From positions 1,300 to 65,299 of the forward strand of contig SUVJ01000002.1 of assembly GCA_015062045.1 (NCBI GenBank): 64,000 nt of DNA, in the 5' to 3' direction. The DNA comes from Akkermansiaceae bacterium. Lineage in GTDB: Bacteria > Verrucomicrobiota > Verrucomicrobiia > Verrucomicrobiales > Akkermansiaceae. Of the stretch, positions 20,401 through 30,779 are shown one piece after another (positions within the stretch are counted from its first letter, which is position 1; the number at the start of each line of letters is the position of its first letter). Both the position numbers and the translations under genes were made by a program. Below the pieces are notes generated by a model. The model worked only from the letters and a program-made list of their open reading frames with translations, ran no database searches and was not told where the DNA came from.

Positions 20401-21600
20401 AGCAAGCAAGGACCGGGGGCAAAATCTCACAAGACCGCAACCCTTACCGGGGACAAGGTTGTTATAGATATAGAAAACGGAGCCGTACGCCTTACCAATG
20501 TGAAAGGTGACGTATATGCAGCCTATTCCTTGGGGATGTTCTACTCGGATTTGAGGGATTTTCTGAGTATTCTTATTACTCCGTACCCCACCACAATTAA
20601 CACACAATACTGCCAATTCCCCATCTATTCTGATAGTAAGGAGGAAATGAAGGGGCATATACATGTGGAAAGCCCCAAACTTGTCGGGCTGGATTTTCTT
20701 GGTACAAAAATACCGTTAACCCGGTTCACAGGATTCATTACACTGAAAGACGACTACGTGTACTTGGACCGCATGAATGCCCTGTGTTGGAACGGCACAG
20801 TAAATGCGGCTATTAAAATAGGTATTTCTGATAGTGCCCCCGCCTTTGATGGTCAAGTTACGGCGCAAAATATGGACCTCAAGAAGATAGCGAAGGCTTA
20901 TAAGACAGACATGGATTCTGCGCTTTGCGAGGCAAACATCAGATTCCGATCCAAAACCTCGGACTTGAACGATATCCAAGCATATGGCAATGCACGTATT
21001 GTCAATGGTAATCTACTTTCCCTGAGCATTTTCCAACCCATCGGGGCCTTTGTTTCAGACGTTACGGGCAACATACGCGAGCTTGACGAGTCCGTCAAAA
21101 AACACAAAACGAAAAATGTGCTGCAAAGGCTCTCCGGTGCAACGGGGTCTACCATTAATGCAATTGGCACACAACTGGACCGCACCGCTCAATACATACC
21201 CGGTTATAATCATGTCTTTGCTTATGACCTCCAAAATGCCTTTATTGACTTCGTGATAGATAAGGGACATTTCAAAACAACCAAACTTAAAGCCTTGGGT
21301 TATAACTTGAAGGTAACGGGAATACTGGATATCAATCTCAATAACATGAAGATATACGGCAACATGTGGCCTCAGGTGTCCAGCTTGCCCACGATATTGC
21401 TCTCCCCCATCACCTTCTTGTCTGATTTCATGCTGGATATCGTCATCTACGGCGAGGTGGATGATTTGCAATGGGAGTTCCGACTCGACCCCAGAATCAG
21501 TAACAACAGCCCCATGACTGCTAACTCCGGTAAAGACGCAGAGTGCCCGAATACCCCAAAAGGGAAAAAAGCAGCTACTAAGCCCCAAAAAAAGAAATAA
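17491..21600 (+). CDS. Large AsmA-like (YhdP/TamB-type) envelope protein
   Basis: 1369 aa, single N-terminal TM anchor, beta-rich body, C-terminal GNARIVNGNLLSLSIF...LKVTGILDI..IVIYGEVDD typical of the AsmA-like C-terminal region. Confidence 0.7.
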   Translation: MSKKLAIKRVGSFLPTLCLLVFLLFCIAAAWLSTVGLPRSVIDKIEQAVAAEGVPIKIEKITLNIFRRAGVVAENIKIYAAPEDTTPIVTADSLSASFAPLKLFVGEIEPKTLILENGKVALPISDTQDYHELAATNINISAAFHKQFVTVNASELKLQGIPIYLKGAFNVEELMTGESAEEEQEKLVIPAIIKTIQSIVDRTYHQIEEQHWAPNEYPELHLNIAAGKDIKLQVQANAPKYDIDQFCFRDAKIDFDYEGDRFIINNLGFNTINPDSHVQLKGGYELETRKLTLTLESDAALLEMAKALSEGETLKWLNKFSHKEENCPHIQLQINAEFGEDFSLNTATFNGEIEQKELNIGDSEIEHLFISFFYNDGNFNVDNLTLKFPDGKVKFTAVSNNGQGNAEIQADLSIIRTVSLINEFLTEPLIIPMGLKLGDTMKLTAKAALGMPEFKAGDTYAQHFIPELKKLDVRLELKKLAFLGYELKAPVISLSTGKEQGETANLLLKAKEILVNLQADEILCDISETQQLKTAHSALNIHLQNYARDPENGEIALGAATIELDGKELDWNGLVSEQFNLKGDLSNLLHNESQSGLKGGELFLNIKQLKKEQLAIGNLTLTAKADAKEGFTMPNALADVSVNLDISSITYEDKEMGNLQAVLNVPNDEEGKLDLKFTPNDSAEAKHATITAATSIENGATLNIRQLEAYLPCSNLEHVTEALGIQIQDIEMPHDVTLSGDLSLNLDTQSLNHANIKADIPHLVRTPHNIKGFKGEKIKVSVEADIKAQGRENGNVAYSGDVKVNHETGELIAKVEGNTATHLHVTGDNTIRPDIVDQLLDYKDAHEIIRDFRFTQNSKTAINNIVVDVKYDNGLDVAVDCDITLNDVQYQLSAIVEDEEGNEVGDKKLGKLPFTSVTKAITHLRADYREDIVQDGKTLPTVIDITMSDVTLQYDNKPWLQLQDFSPLGLSKQGPGAKSHKTATLTGDKVVIDIENGAVRLTNVKGDVYAAYSLGMFYSDLRDFLSILITPYPTTINTQYCQFPIYSDSKEEMKGHIHVESPKLVGLDFLGTKIPLTRFTGFITLKDDYVYLDRMNALCWNGTVNAAIKIGISDSAPAFDGQVTAQNMDLKKIAKAYKTDMDSALCEANIRFRSKTSDLNDIQAYGNARIVNGNLLSLSIFQPIGAFVSDVTGNIRELDESVKKHKTKNVLQRLSGATGSTINAIGTQLDRTAQYIPGYNHVFAYDLQNAFIDFVIDKGHFKTTKLKALGYNLKVTGILDINLNNMKIYGNMWPQVSSLPTILLSPITFLSDFMLDIVIYGEVDDLQWEFRLDPRISNNSPMTANSGKDAECPNTPKGKKAATKPQKKK

Positions 21601-21608
21601 GTTCCGCC

Positions 21609-22838
21609 TTATTTAATAAGCCCGTATTCCAAAATAACGGCAGCCTCTGACTCCACTGCAGATTGAGCTTGAGAGAGCAGCTCCTTCTTCATATCATAGA
21701 TGGTACGGTCTCTGGTAATAAGCTCCTCTGCAGAAGAAACAGGCTGTTTTTGCAGGTAATCAATGCGTTTTTGCATGTAAGAGCGCCAATTATTGTATTC
21801 TTTAACGCTTTCCTTAAGTGTTGCGAGTTTATTTTTATGCTCAATAATACCGGCTGTTACTTCACGTTTGGCTTTTTCGTATTGATCTTTGCTGCGCTTG
21901 TAATTATTCCAGGTAGACAAGCGAGTATCAAGAGAGTAACTGAGGCTCAGATTTAAGCGTGTATCCTCCCCACTCAGGAAGGTACCCTGATAAGTACCAC
22001 CGGATGATGAAAAGAGAGACGGACTGTATAACGATGTATTAATTGTCGGCAAATATTGCAACGCTATAGAATACTGATTAAGGCGAGCTTGCTCTAAACG
22101 CAAAGCATAAGAGCAGACAACCAAATCATCTAATTTGTTCATGCGAGACTCATAAGTGTGCCATGATATGCGAGGCGCGGATGACGGTAAAATAACCCAT
22201 CTGGCCGAAAAGTCTCCCAATATCTCACTCATTTTTTGCCAATGAGTAGCGTCTTCGGTTATATGCGTTTTATGAGCCAAAAGTTTATCCTGTTCTGTCA
22301 GATCCGGGTTAGTGGTAGCCAAATCTCTTATTTCCAGCTCAAGTTCACGTCGGCGAACCAACGCATAGAGCTGAGATTCCAGCTCTCTCTCCTTGCCTTC
22401 CTTTGCTTTAACGGCGGCAAAGGTTCTGGCTTTTGCCGCATAAACACGGTACGGAACCTGCGTAAGCGTAGGGATGGAGAATGTAACATTAACGTTTGTG
22501 CTGAGATCGTTAGCGGATATATTGTTAGAAAGCTGATTGATGCTCTTGGTAAAATAACCATAGTAAGACACCCCCGGAATCATATCCGTGTATATGCTTA
22601 AACTCTCACGCTCTGCCTCATCAATAGCATTTTGCGCATCTGCAAGGGTTGCATTACAGCGTTTCACCATAGCAACCGCTTGCTCCCAAGAAATAACACG
22701 CATGGGTAATTTATCCCACGATTGAGCATCCGCAAATTGCTTGTGTATGTTTGCAGAGACAGAATCTAACCGCTGCTCTAAACTGCAATTGCTTAATAAC
22801 GCTAAGGTCAGCAAAGTTATGGTAAAAGGCGTGCGCAT
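21609..22838 (-). CDS. TolC-like outer membrane efflux lipoprotein
   Basis: Lipobox LLSNC; two helical halves ending MIPGVS and YLPTIN followed by beta segments. Confidence 0.6.
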   Translation of the reverse strand: MRTPFTITLLTLALLSNCSLEQRLDSVSANIHKQFADAQSWDKLPMRVISWEQAVAMVKRCNATLADAQNAIDEAERESLSIYTDMIPGVSYYGYFTKSINQLSNNISANDLSTNVNVTFSIPTLTQVPYRVYAAKARTFAAVKAKEGKERELESQLYALVRRRELELEIRDLATTNPDLTEQDKLLAHKTHITEDATHWQKMSEILGDFSARWVILPSSAPRISWHTYESRMNKLDDLVVCSYALRLEQARLNQYSIALQYLPTINTSLYSPSLFSSSGGTYQGTFLSGEDTRLNLSLSYSLDTRLSTWNNYKRSKDQYEKAKREVTAGIIEHKNKLATLKESVKEYNNWRSYMQKRIDYLQKQPVSSAEELITRDRTIYDMKKELLSQAQSAVESEAAVILEYGLIK

Positions 22839-22883
22839 CCGCAGATGAGTTTATCAAATTACGTGCTCTAAATCAAGCTCCCT

Positions 22884-24152
22884 TTAAACATATTTTTTCA
22901 TTTTACGGAAAATGAAAAGAGCAACCACCGCAGAAGACACAGCCAACAGAGCACACTGAGCTTGGGGGGATAGCCCGGCTTCTTTCATAGCTAATTGTAC
23001 CACTACGGACATTATGCCCAAGAAACAATCCACCAAATTACCGGCAGCAATCACATCCCCTCGTTTATCATTGTCTGCTCTATCTTGCAGCAATGCATTG
23101 AGCGGCACCAAATAACCGGCAGCCATAAAACCGGTAAAGGAGAGAGAAAGGAAGAATAATGTTGTACCATAAGGCACAAATGCCAGTAATATGCAGCCGA
23201 TGGTCATGCCGATTCCGCCGGCATTGGCAACCCATGCACGGATTTTCTTGGCACAGACAACAGAAGCCAAAACACCACCCAAAATGGAGCCGCCGCTTAT
23301 CCAAGCCATCAGTAAGGCGGAGTCCTTCTGCTGCCCCAACACCTCCATGAAATCGGCAGAGGAATGCACGGGGTGAGCCTCCGATGCCATTTGGAGCGCA
23401 ATAAGCATCATAGTGCCGGCAATGAACCAGAAGTAGCCGATGCCTACCTCACTATTACGCAGCACAGGATTACGCCACAGCATTTTGAGTTGGGTAAAAT
23501 GCTCCCAAAACAAGCTCCACGTAAAGGGACGAGAACTTTGGGCTTTAAAACGGGGAATCGTTAAGCTGAGAATAAATACAAGCAGAGCCCCACCTGTGGC
23601 ACATGCACACGGCCAAGCGGCAGCCTCATAGCCCGCAGTAGAGCCCCACTTGCACAAGAGAATATAAACAACGGAAAGAGCCCCGATTTGCCCGATAAGA
23701 AGAGCCAACATGGAGCTTATCTCTAATATACCACTGGCAAAACCTATGTTTTCTGACCCTACGATATCTTTCACCAGGCCCTTTTTTGCGGGGCTGAAAA
23801 ACATGGCCTGCACACAAAAAATGGTAAAAAAAGATATGGCCACCCATAAGTTATGCATGAACAAACCGGCGGTCATACCGGCAAGAACAATCACCTGCAA
23901 TAATACCATAGCCTGAAGCAAGCGCGTTTTACAATAGCGATCCGCAAGCCAACCACCCAGGGGAGAAAATAAAACAAACGGTAATACAATCAATACGGAA
24001 AGCGGGTACTGCAACTCTTTTGCCATCCATATACCCAATGCAATCAACAAAAATTGAACCCCCTTCTCATTCAGTGAGTTCATGGATTGTATAACGGTTA
24101 GGCTCCAAAAGGAGCGCCAGGGTGTTTGTTTTGATTCAGGTGAATTGTTCAT
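22884..24152 (-). CDS. MFS transporter, LplT/Aas-N-terminal-like
   Basis: LPFVLFSPLGGWLADRYCK, QAMFFSPAKKGLV, VPLNALLQ..IAAGNL; about 12 TM segments. Confidence 0.8.
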   Translation of the reverse strand: MNNSPESKQTPWRSFWSLTVIQSMNSLNEKGVQFLLIALGIWMAKELQYPLSVLIVLPFVLFSPLGGWLADRYCKTRLLQAMVLLQVIVLAGMTAGLFMHNLWVAISFFTIFCVQAMFFSPAKKGLVKDIVGSENIGFASGILEISSMLALLIGQIGALSVVYILLCKWGSTAGYEAAAWPCACATGGALLVFILSLTIPRFKAQSSRPFTWSLFWEHFTQLKMLWRNPVLRNSEVGIGYFWFIAGTMMLIALQMASEAHPVHSSADFMEVLGQQKDSALLMAWISGGSILGGVLASVVCAKKIRAWVANAGGIGMTIGCILLAFVPYGTTLFFLSLSFTGFMAAGYLVPLNALLQDRADNDKRGDVIAAGNLVDCFLGIMSVVVQLAMKEAGLSPQAQCALLAVSSAVVALFIFRKMKKYV

Positions 24153-24175
24153 GTAGCTATTATATGTGGAAAAAC

Positions 24176-24199
24176 GGCCGCACCACTCAGGGTGCGGCC
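24176..24199 (-). terminator. Hairpin terminator after the Sel1 gene
   Basis: GGCCGCACC/GGTGCGGCC stem, followed by GTTTT on the minus strand. Confidence 0.5.
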
Positions 24200-24220
24200 A
24201 TTAAGATGTGTGTTATTGTA

Positions 24221-24847
24221 TTACCAGTTATTATCTTGCATAAAGAGCGCAGCATTGCGGTGGCCCTGCTCTGCCGCTTTACCAACCCAGAACTTAGCTT
24301 GCTCCATATTTTGCGGTACACCTAAGCCCATGTAATAACACTTGCCGAGGTTGTACTGCCCATTGGCATCCTCATTATGAGCCGCCATGGCAAAATACTC
24401 TGCAGCCATCTCTCTGTTTTGTTCAACGCCCTGCCCGTTCAGGTAATGTAAGCCTAAGTTATTGTATGCAACCGGGCTACCCTGAGCAGCGGCTTTTCTG
24501 TACCAATGAACAGCCGTTTGCATGTTTACGGGTACACCGGCACCGCTGTAATAGCAACCGGCCAGGTTATTCTGTGCATCTGCATTGCCGGAGCGGGCTG
24601 AAAGGGTATACCAATGTACGGCCTCTGCGGTATCTTTTTTGACACCATAGCCAAAATCATAGCATTTACCCAACATCAGCTGAGCATCCGGGTTACCTCG
24701 CTCCGCAGCTTTGCGATACAACGGCACTGCACCTGTATAATCTTTTGCATCATACATGGTTTGAGCTCGGTCACATATAGCCTGCGGGGTTTCGCAAGAA
24801 ACCAGCACGCCTAAAAGCAACGCAGGAATAATCAGCTGATGTTTCAT
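24221..24847 (-). CDS. Sel1-repeat lipoprotein
   Basis: Lipobox LVSC; repeated AQxxLGxxYxxGxGV..A..WY.KAA.QG. Confidence 0.9.
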   Translation of the reverse strand: MKHQLIIPALLLGVLVSCETPQAICDRAQTMYDAKDYTGAVPLYRKAAERGNPDAQLMLGKCYDFGYGVKKDTAEAVHWYTLSARSGNADAQNNLAGCYYSGAGVPVNMQTAVHWYRKAAAQGSPVAYNNLGLHYLNGQGVEQNREMAAEYFAMAAHNEDANGQYNLGKCYYMGLGVPQNMEQAKFWVGKAAEQGHRNAALFMQDNNW

Positions 24848-24863
24848 GGTATAAATCTATAAT

Positions 24864-25796
24864 TTACTCACGTGCAAGCAAATAACGCTCCGCCTCTATG
24901 GCGGCCCAGCACCCCATACCGGCAGCTGATACGGCTTGGCGGTACACGGGGTCTGCAACGTCACCGGCAGCAAATAAGCCGGGGGTCTTGGTGGCTGTGC
25001 CACCGTTGACTCGTTTGATGAATCCGGCCTCATCCACATCCACCAAATCACCCACAAACTTGCTGTTGGGCTTATGGCCAATTGCCATAAACACACACTT
25101 GACCTCAAGCGGGCGCTGCTCACCGGTAACAGTATCCTGAAGCGTTACGGCACAAAGTTCTCCAGCGTCATCCTTGCTGTATGCAGCAATCGTACTATTC
25201 CATACGGGCTCAATCTTGGGGTTAGAGAGCACGCGCTGCTGCATGGCCTTGCTGGCGCGCAGTTGGTCTCTGCGGTGAATAAGGTACACCTTGGAGGCAA
25301 AACGAGTCAGGAAGGATGCCTCCTCGCAAGCACTGTCGCCACCGCCTACTACGCACACGGGTACATCGCGGTAAAAGGCGCCATCACACGTGGCGCAAGC
25401 TGTAAGGCCATGGCCTATAAGCTCTTTTTCGCCTTCAATGCCCGGATAACGCGCAGTTGCACCTGTTGCTATAATCACGGCCTCAGCCTTATAGGCTCCA
25501 CCAGATGTTGTTACGACAAACAAGTCGCTGCATGCTTCCTTTGTCACGGAAAGCACATTTTCATACGCATAACGAGCCCCGAACTTCTCTGCCTGCTGGC
25601 TCATGTTGAACATGAGATCCGGCCCCATGATTCCCTCCGGAAAACCGGGGAAGTTCTCAATCTCCGTTGTTGTCGTGAGCTGACCGCCAAGCTGTTCTCC
25701 GGTAAATACCAAAGGTGACAAATCTGCACGTGCTGCATAGATAGCAGCCGTGTAGCCGGCAGGTCCCGTTCCTATAATAATTAATTTCTCGTCCAT
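24864..25796 (-). CDS. trxB: Thioredoxin reductase
   Basis: GTGPAGYTAAIY, CATCDG, GGGDSACEE, FAAGDV. Confidence 0.97.
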   Translation of the reverse strand: MDEKLIIIGTGPAGYTAAIYAARADLSPLVFTGEQLGGQLTTTTEIENFPGFPEGIMGPDLMFNMSQQAEKFGARYAYENVLSVTKEACSDLFVVTTSGGAYKAEAVIIATGATARYPGIEGEKELIGHGLTACATCDGAFYRDVPVCVVGGGDSACEEASFLTRFASKVYLIHRRDQLRASKAMQQRVLSNPKIEPVWNSTIAAYSKDDAGELCAVTLQDTVTGEQRPLEVKCVFMAIGHKPNSKFVGDLVDVDEAGFIKRVNGGTATKTPGLFAAGDVADPVYRQAVSAAGMGCWAAIEAERYLLARE

Positions 25797-25890
25797 TGCC
25801 GTTATATTACATGATATTTTTGCTCACCGCAAGAAGAATATGCGTCTTATCTTAGAATTTTTCTAAAATAAGACGCAAGTAAAGGTAAAA

Positions 25891-26496
25891 TCAGTGCTTC
25901 CCGCACTTGCATTCATGGTTTTCACCATGTTTGTGCTTCCCGCAGCATTCATGGTTTTCACCATGACCACCGCAGCATTCATGGTCATCTCCATGGCCGC
26001 CACAGCAACACTCGTGCTCATCATCGTGATGATGCCCCTCACAATCGGAATCGCAATCCTCGCAATTACCGTGGCAACCACCACCACAGGAGCAAGCACT
26101 CATTTGCTGCTGCATGCTTTCTGCCACCTCTTCATCCGTAGGAGCCTCCCCCTTTTCAATGGCAAGGCAAAGGTATTGATTAACGGTAGAAAGGAGCTGG
26201 TCGAGCTCCTGACGAGCCTCAAGGAAACCGCGGCAGGTGTCGTTCTCCACAACATTTTGACGCAAAGCGTCAAACTTGGCAATTTCTTCCTCTGAGGGGG
26301 GCATGCCGGCCATGTGCTTATTACGCAGCTCCTCTCCATACTCGTTGACTTTACGGAACAAATCCGTAGCCTCGGGGTTTTGGTAGAAAAGGCGAATACG
26401 GGCATTGGCAGAAACCACTTTCTGACACTGAGCAAAAGCTGATGCGAGCTCGGAGGTCAGTTTAGCCAGCTCGGGGGTAAGAGAAGTATTAGACAT
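25891..26496 (-). CDS. YlbF/RicAFT-like regulator with His/Cys-rich repeat tail
   Basis: Helical YlbF-like body (FLEARQELDQLLSTVNQYL); tail contains repeated HECCGGHGENH units. Confidence 0.7.
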   Translation of the reverse strand: MSNTSLTPELAKLTSELASAFAQCQKVVSANARIRLFYQNPEATDLFRKVNEYGEELRNKHMAGMPPSEEEIAKFDALRQNVVENDTCRGFLEARQELDQLLSTVNQYLCLAIEKGEAPTDEEVAESMQQQMSACSCGGGCHGNCEDCDSDCEGHHHDDEHECCCGGHGDDHECCGGHGENHECCGKHKHGENHECKCGKH

Positions 26497-26676
26497 AACG
26501 CTGTAAGCGTAGCATTAACTGCGTTAAAAAGCAATGCCGTATTAAGTCAGTATACTGCAATAGAGAGCCCTGTACTACAAAAAATGCCATACTGAACTAA
26601 TTTATCCTTTACTTACCGGTAGCTTTAGCGTACACTGACGCGCGACACGGTAAACCGCCGTGTGATTTGTACAAAA

Positions 26677-27960
26677 ATGAAGATCGTTCTTGCATACTCC
26701 GGTGGCCTTGACACATCCGTACTTCTGGTGTGGCTCAAGGAGAAGTACAATGCTGAAATTATTGCCTACTGTGCCGATGTAGGCCAGGCAGAGGAACTTG
26801 ACGGCCTTGAAGAGAAAGCACTTGCCACAGGTGCTTCCAAATGCATCATCGGCGACCTTAAGGCAGATTTTGCTGCCAACTACATTTTCCCCATGTTCCA
26901 AGCCAACGCCGTGTACGAGGGCCGCTACCTGTTGGGCACCTCCATTGCACGCCCCTGTATCTCCAAAGCCATGGTAGATGTTGCCATTGCAGAGGGTGCA
27001 GATGCCATTGCTCACGGTGCCACCGGCAAGGGTAACGACCAGGTGCGTTTCGAGCTTTCCATCAACGCACTGGCCCCGCAGCTCAAGGTAATTGCCCCGT
27101 GGCGTATGAAGGAGTGGCGAGACCAGTTCCCCGGCCGCTCTGAGCTGATCCAATATGCAGAGTCCCACGGCATTCCCATCCGCCAGAGCATGAAGAAGCC
27201 CTACTCCATGGACCGCAACCTGTTGCACATCTCCTACGAGGCCGGTATTCTTGAGGATACTTGGTATGATGCCACCAAGGAGGAAGACCGCGGCATGTAC
27301 CTGCTCTCCACCGCTCCGGAGGACGCACCCGATAAGCCCCAATACCTGCAATGCCTCTTTGATAAAGGCAACATCATTGGTCTGCAAACGGAAGGGCTTG
27401 AGGAAATCATGGCCACCGTCGGCACCAAGGCCATCGGTGAGAAAGACGGCTACACCCTGCTCGACCCGCTGGGTGTCATGCTCGTGCTCAACTTCTTGGG
27501 TGGTAAGCACGGTATCGGTCGTGTCGATATCATCGAAAACCGCTTTGTCGGCATGAAGAGCCGCGGCATCTACGAGACCCCCGGTGGCACCATTCTGCTG
27601 GCTGCTCATCGCGACATTGAGACCATCACCATGGACCGTGAGGCTCAAAAAGTGCGTGACTCCCTCATCCCCGACTATGCCTCCATGGTATACAACGGCT
27701 TCTGGTTTGCCCCCGAGCGTGAGGCGATTCAAGCCCTTGTTACCAAGACTCAGGAAACCGTCAACGGTGAGGTTCGCCTTAAACTCTACAAAGGCAACGT
27801 CATGTACGCCGGCCGCAAGAGCCCGAATTCCCTCTACAGCTACGAAATTGCTACCATGGAGGGCGACTACACCGATGAGGACTACAACCAGGACGACGCC
27901 TCCGGCTTCATCCACCTCAACGGCCTGCGCCTCAAGCAATTCGCAAGGGTTAATCATTAA
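26677..27960 (+). CDS. argG: Argininosuccinate synthase
   Basis: [49 protein letters not shown]. Confidence 0.98.
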   Translation: MKIVLAYSGGLDTSVLLVWLKEKYNAEIIAYCADVGQAEELDGLEEKALATGASKCIIGDLKADFAANYIFPMFQANAVYEGRYLLGTSIARPCISKAMVDVAIAEGADAIAHGATGKGNDQVRFELSINALAPQLKVIAPWRMKEWRDQFPGRSELIQYAESHGIPIRQSMKKPYSMDRNLLHISYEAGILEDTWYDATKEEDRGMYLLSTAPEDAPDKPQYLQCLFDKGNIIGLQTEGLEEIMATVGTKAIGEKDGYTLLDPLGVMLVLNFLGGKHGIGRVDIIENRFVGMKSRGIYETPGGTILLAAHRDIETITMDREAQKVRDSLIPDYASMVYNGFWFAPEREAIQALVTKTQETVNGEVRLKLYKGNVMYAGRKSPNSLYSYEIATMEGDYTDEDYNQDDASGFIHLNGLRLKQFARVNH

Positions 27961-27975
27961 TTCACATTCCATTCA

Positions 27976-28010
27976 GGCACTCCGAGCCAATCGGAGTGCC
28001 CTTTTATTTT
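27976..28010 (+). terminator. Terminator after argG
   Basis: GGCACTCCGA-gccaa-TCGGAGTGCC followed by CTTTTATTTT. Confidence 0.75.
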
Positions 28011-28011
28011 T

Positions 28012-29142
28012 ATGAGCAGAAAAAAAATTGCAATATTAGGCTCCTTTCCGGCTTGGTTGATTGATGAAACAATCCCAAAAGGCAAAGGCCACTTTGCAGT
28101 TTGGTTAGTCTCATTATATCAAGCTCTGTCTGAGTTATCAAATACCTATGAAATCCACTGGATTACATTTTGTAGGGGCATCAAAAAAACTAAAAGATTT
28201 ACTTCACAACAGCAGCATTTCCATATATTCCCGGAAACAAGCCTCACCTTGGGACAGTATACCCACTATATAAGAGAACGCTTTCTCATCAAAAGAGAAA
28301 TAAAAAAAATAGCTCCGGATATCGTACACGCATGGGGAACTGAAACTTTTTACGGACTAGCCGGCAAGGACTATAAGAATAAAAACATCTTGTCCATGCA
28401 AGGAGTGCTTACGGCATGTGTTCAAAGAGCAATAATGCCAAAATTCCAAATCAGACAAAGCAAATATGAAAAAAGTACATTAAATTCGTATTGTCTTGTT
28501 ACGGCAGAATCCCCTTGGGCTCTAGATAGATGCAAAGAAATTTCAAATAAGCCACAATATGAATTATTTGATTATTCTGCTAATGACCTATTTTTTCATA
28601 TTGAAAGAGAACCTTCTTCAACACCTTCATGTTTGTTGGCCGGAACTGATACACTGCTTAAAGATGTAGCAAGTGCTATTCAAGCATTTTCTCAGCCAGA
28701 ATTATCTCACATTACATTATACTTGGCAGGAATTCCTCATAATCGCTATCCGAATCTTCCTTCAAATATTATCCCTCTTGGAAGAATCAGCCGAGAAAAA
28801 ATAGCAGAATATCTGAAAACAACTTGGTGTTTAGTACATCCAAGTGTCGCAGATAGTTGTCCTAATATAGTTAAAGAAGCTAGGGTTATAGGCGTTCCCT
28901 GCATTGTTACTCACGAATGTGGCGCAAAGCAATACATATGCAATCAAAAGTCAGGATTTGTGGTTCCTATAAAATCTCCCGATAAAATTGCAGAAGCCGT
29001 GCTCAAAATTACAAACTCTCAAAAAACAACTCTGAACATGGGTGCATACGATCTCGAGCGCTGTAGAACAGCATTATCAGCCTCAACCATGCTTGATAAT
29101 CTGATTAAATTATATAACAGCATCCTGAATACAACGCCCTAA
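28012..29142 (+). CDS. GT4 glycosyltransferase, AT-rich
   Basis: DIVHAWGTE, LVHPSVADSCPNIVKEA, SGFVVP. Composition differs sharply from argG. Confidence 0.85.
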   Translation: MSRKKIAILGSFPAWLIDETIPKGKGHFAVWLVSLYQALSELSNTYEIHWITFCRGIKKTKRFTSQQQHFHIFPETSLTLGQYTHYIRERFLIKREIKKIAPDIVHAWGTETFYGLAGKDYKNKNILSMQGVLTACVQRAIMPKFQIRQSKYEKSTLNSYCLVTAESPWALDRCKEISNKPQYELFDYSANDLFFHIEREPSSTPSCLLAGTDTLLKDVASAIQAFSQPELSHITLYLAGIPHNRYPNLPSNIIPLGRISREKIAEYLKTTWCLVHPSVADSCPNIVKEARVIGVPCIVTHECGAKQYICNQKSGFVVPIKSPDKIAEAVLKITNSQKTTLNMGAYDLERCRTALSASTMLDNLIKLYNSILNTTP

Positions 29143-29187
29143 CATTGTTATCGCAGATTCCTGAAATCAACACTATGAAAAATTTAT

Positions 29188-30779
29188 TCATTTTTTGAAC
29201 CATAAAGGGATATCCTTGACATGAGGAAATGTTCTATACCACCACCATGCACCACTACCTCCATCTTGTTGATAAATTCCCATTGGATTATGGATTAAAA
29301 CCCTTTCACCTTTTAAATTTCCCTTTATAGATAAAAAGTATTTGTTCTGAATCAGAGTTCCCACAATCAAACAAAAAACACCGCAAATCAGCATCAGAAC
29401 TTTAAAACGATACTTAAAAAATATCCACAACGCGCTTCCTATGATTACGGATGCTAATGCTCCGGTCATGTGAATGAAACAAATAGAAGCAAAGACAAGA
29501 TACAATATATACCAAATTGAATGTGATTTAGGAGCACTCAGAAAAGCTTTTGAAAAAAAGATAGCTATATAGTATGAGGTAACGACAGTGCCTTTCATTG
29601 CAACATCATAATGATATACAAACCCTGTGGCTAGGATGACTACATGAGTCCCCAGTACGACCCATAATAGGTTATTACGATAGGATTTGCGTATTAATAA
29701 ACTCGCTATTCCTACATTAAAAATTAAATAGAAACAAAAAAAAGCTGTGGATTTAAGAGAAAGAAATCGTTCCGGATGAAATTGAGATATATTGCTACTT
29801 AAAGCATAATATGATATTATAAAGAAGCAAAGAATATATGAGTATACATTTTGCGGTTGAACTATCATTTTAAACAGGTTACACCAATTGTGTTTGCTGA
29901 TAAAATCCATTGGGGAATAAAAATTTATTTTAAAATATAAATATGTCATGATAGGGAAAGAGCTATTGATGACATAGGAGAATACATAAGTGCAAGAGTA
30001 CCCAACAGGGGTGTATAAATCTTTCTGATATTATCATGTAATAACATTCCACATATCAAAGATATGGGAACAAAGACATGACAAATATTTTTCATTGAGT
30101 AACTTACAGTTTCCGTAATATAATTGTAATCACCTGCTACATGATCATTCAAAGCAAATGCTTCTGAAAAGGTCTTTCCTATACTCCAAGGGGCTAATAG
30201 AGCGCAAGGTATTAGCTCTAGCCCGTTCCATGACATAATAATAACGGCGATACCAAACGATACAACACCTAAGAATCGGTATACATATATGATGGCTAAA
30301 GTAATACCGAGACAAAACCAGACAAAATTTGCCCATAATGCTGCGGTCCATCCGAAAAGTTTTCCCACTAAGGCTGCAGGTAACCAGCTCTGAAAATAAT
30401 AGAGAAAATAACGACCGTCGGAAAGTTTTGGCGGCCACGAGTTATATACCAAATCGTAGAAAATATCATTACGCACAAAGAAATCGACATGTTGTTTCCA
30501 ATTCCACGTTATTCCAGTTAAGAAAATATAGATAAAAAATATAGTTATTGATGGAATAAACTCCTTACAACTTCTTTTGAAGAAGGGAAAGATTTTAGTG
30601 TTATTGGAATGGAAGAAAAGTTTTACCAAAATAATCGCGAGAACGAGTATTATGGGAGCTGAAACCCATATATTGAACCAACCAAATATGAATAAAATGC
30701 ATGGAATAAGCAAATAAAGAAAAGCAAATGCATCCAATGTTGTTGTGTTTACATTCTCTATATTTTTTACGATATTCAT
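29188..30779 (-). pseudogene. Frameshifted multi-pass membrane protein (two ORFs, 29946-30779 and 29188-29949)
   Basis: Adding one T to ctTTCCC (minus strand, 29954-59) joins ...YSPMSSIAL-FPI-MTYLYFK... into one 530-aa ORF with continuous TM pattern. Confidence 0.6.

Noticed and set aside
26547-26595. TCAGTAT/ATACTGA repeats between ylbF and argG as a possible ArgR operator or inverton
   Set aside because: Only 7 bp in AT-rich DNA; no recognisable ARG box.
26602-27972. 456-aa antisense ORF over argG
   Set aside because: Shadow ORF with composition mirroring the sense codons.
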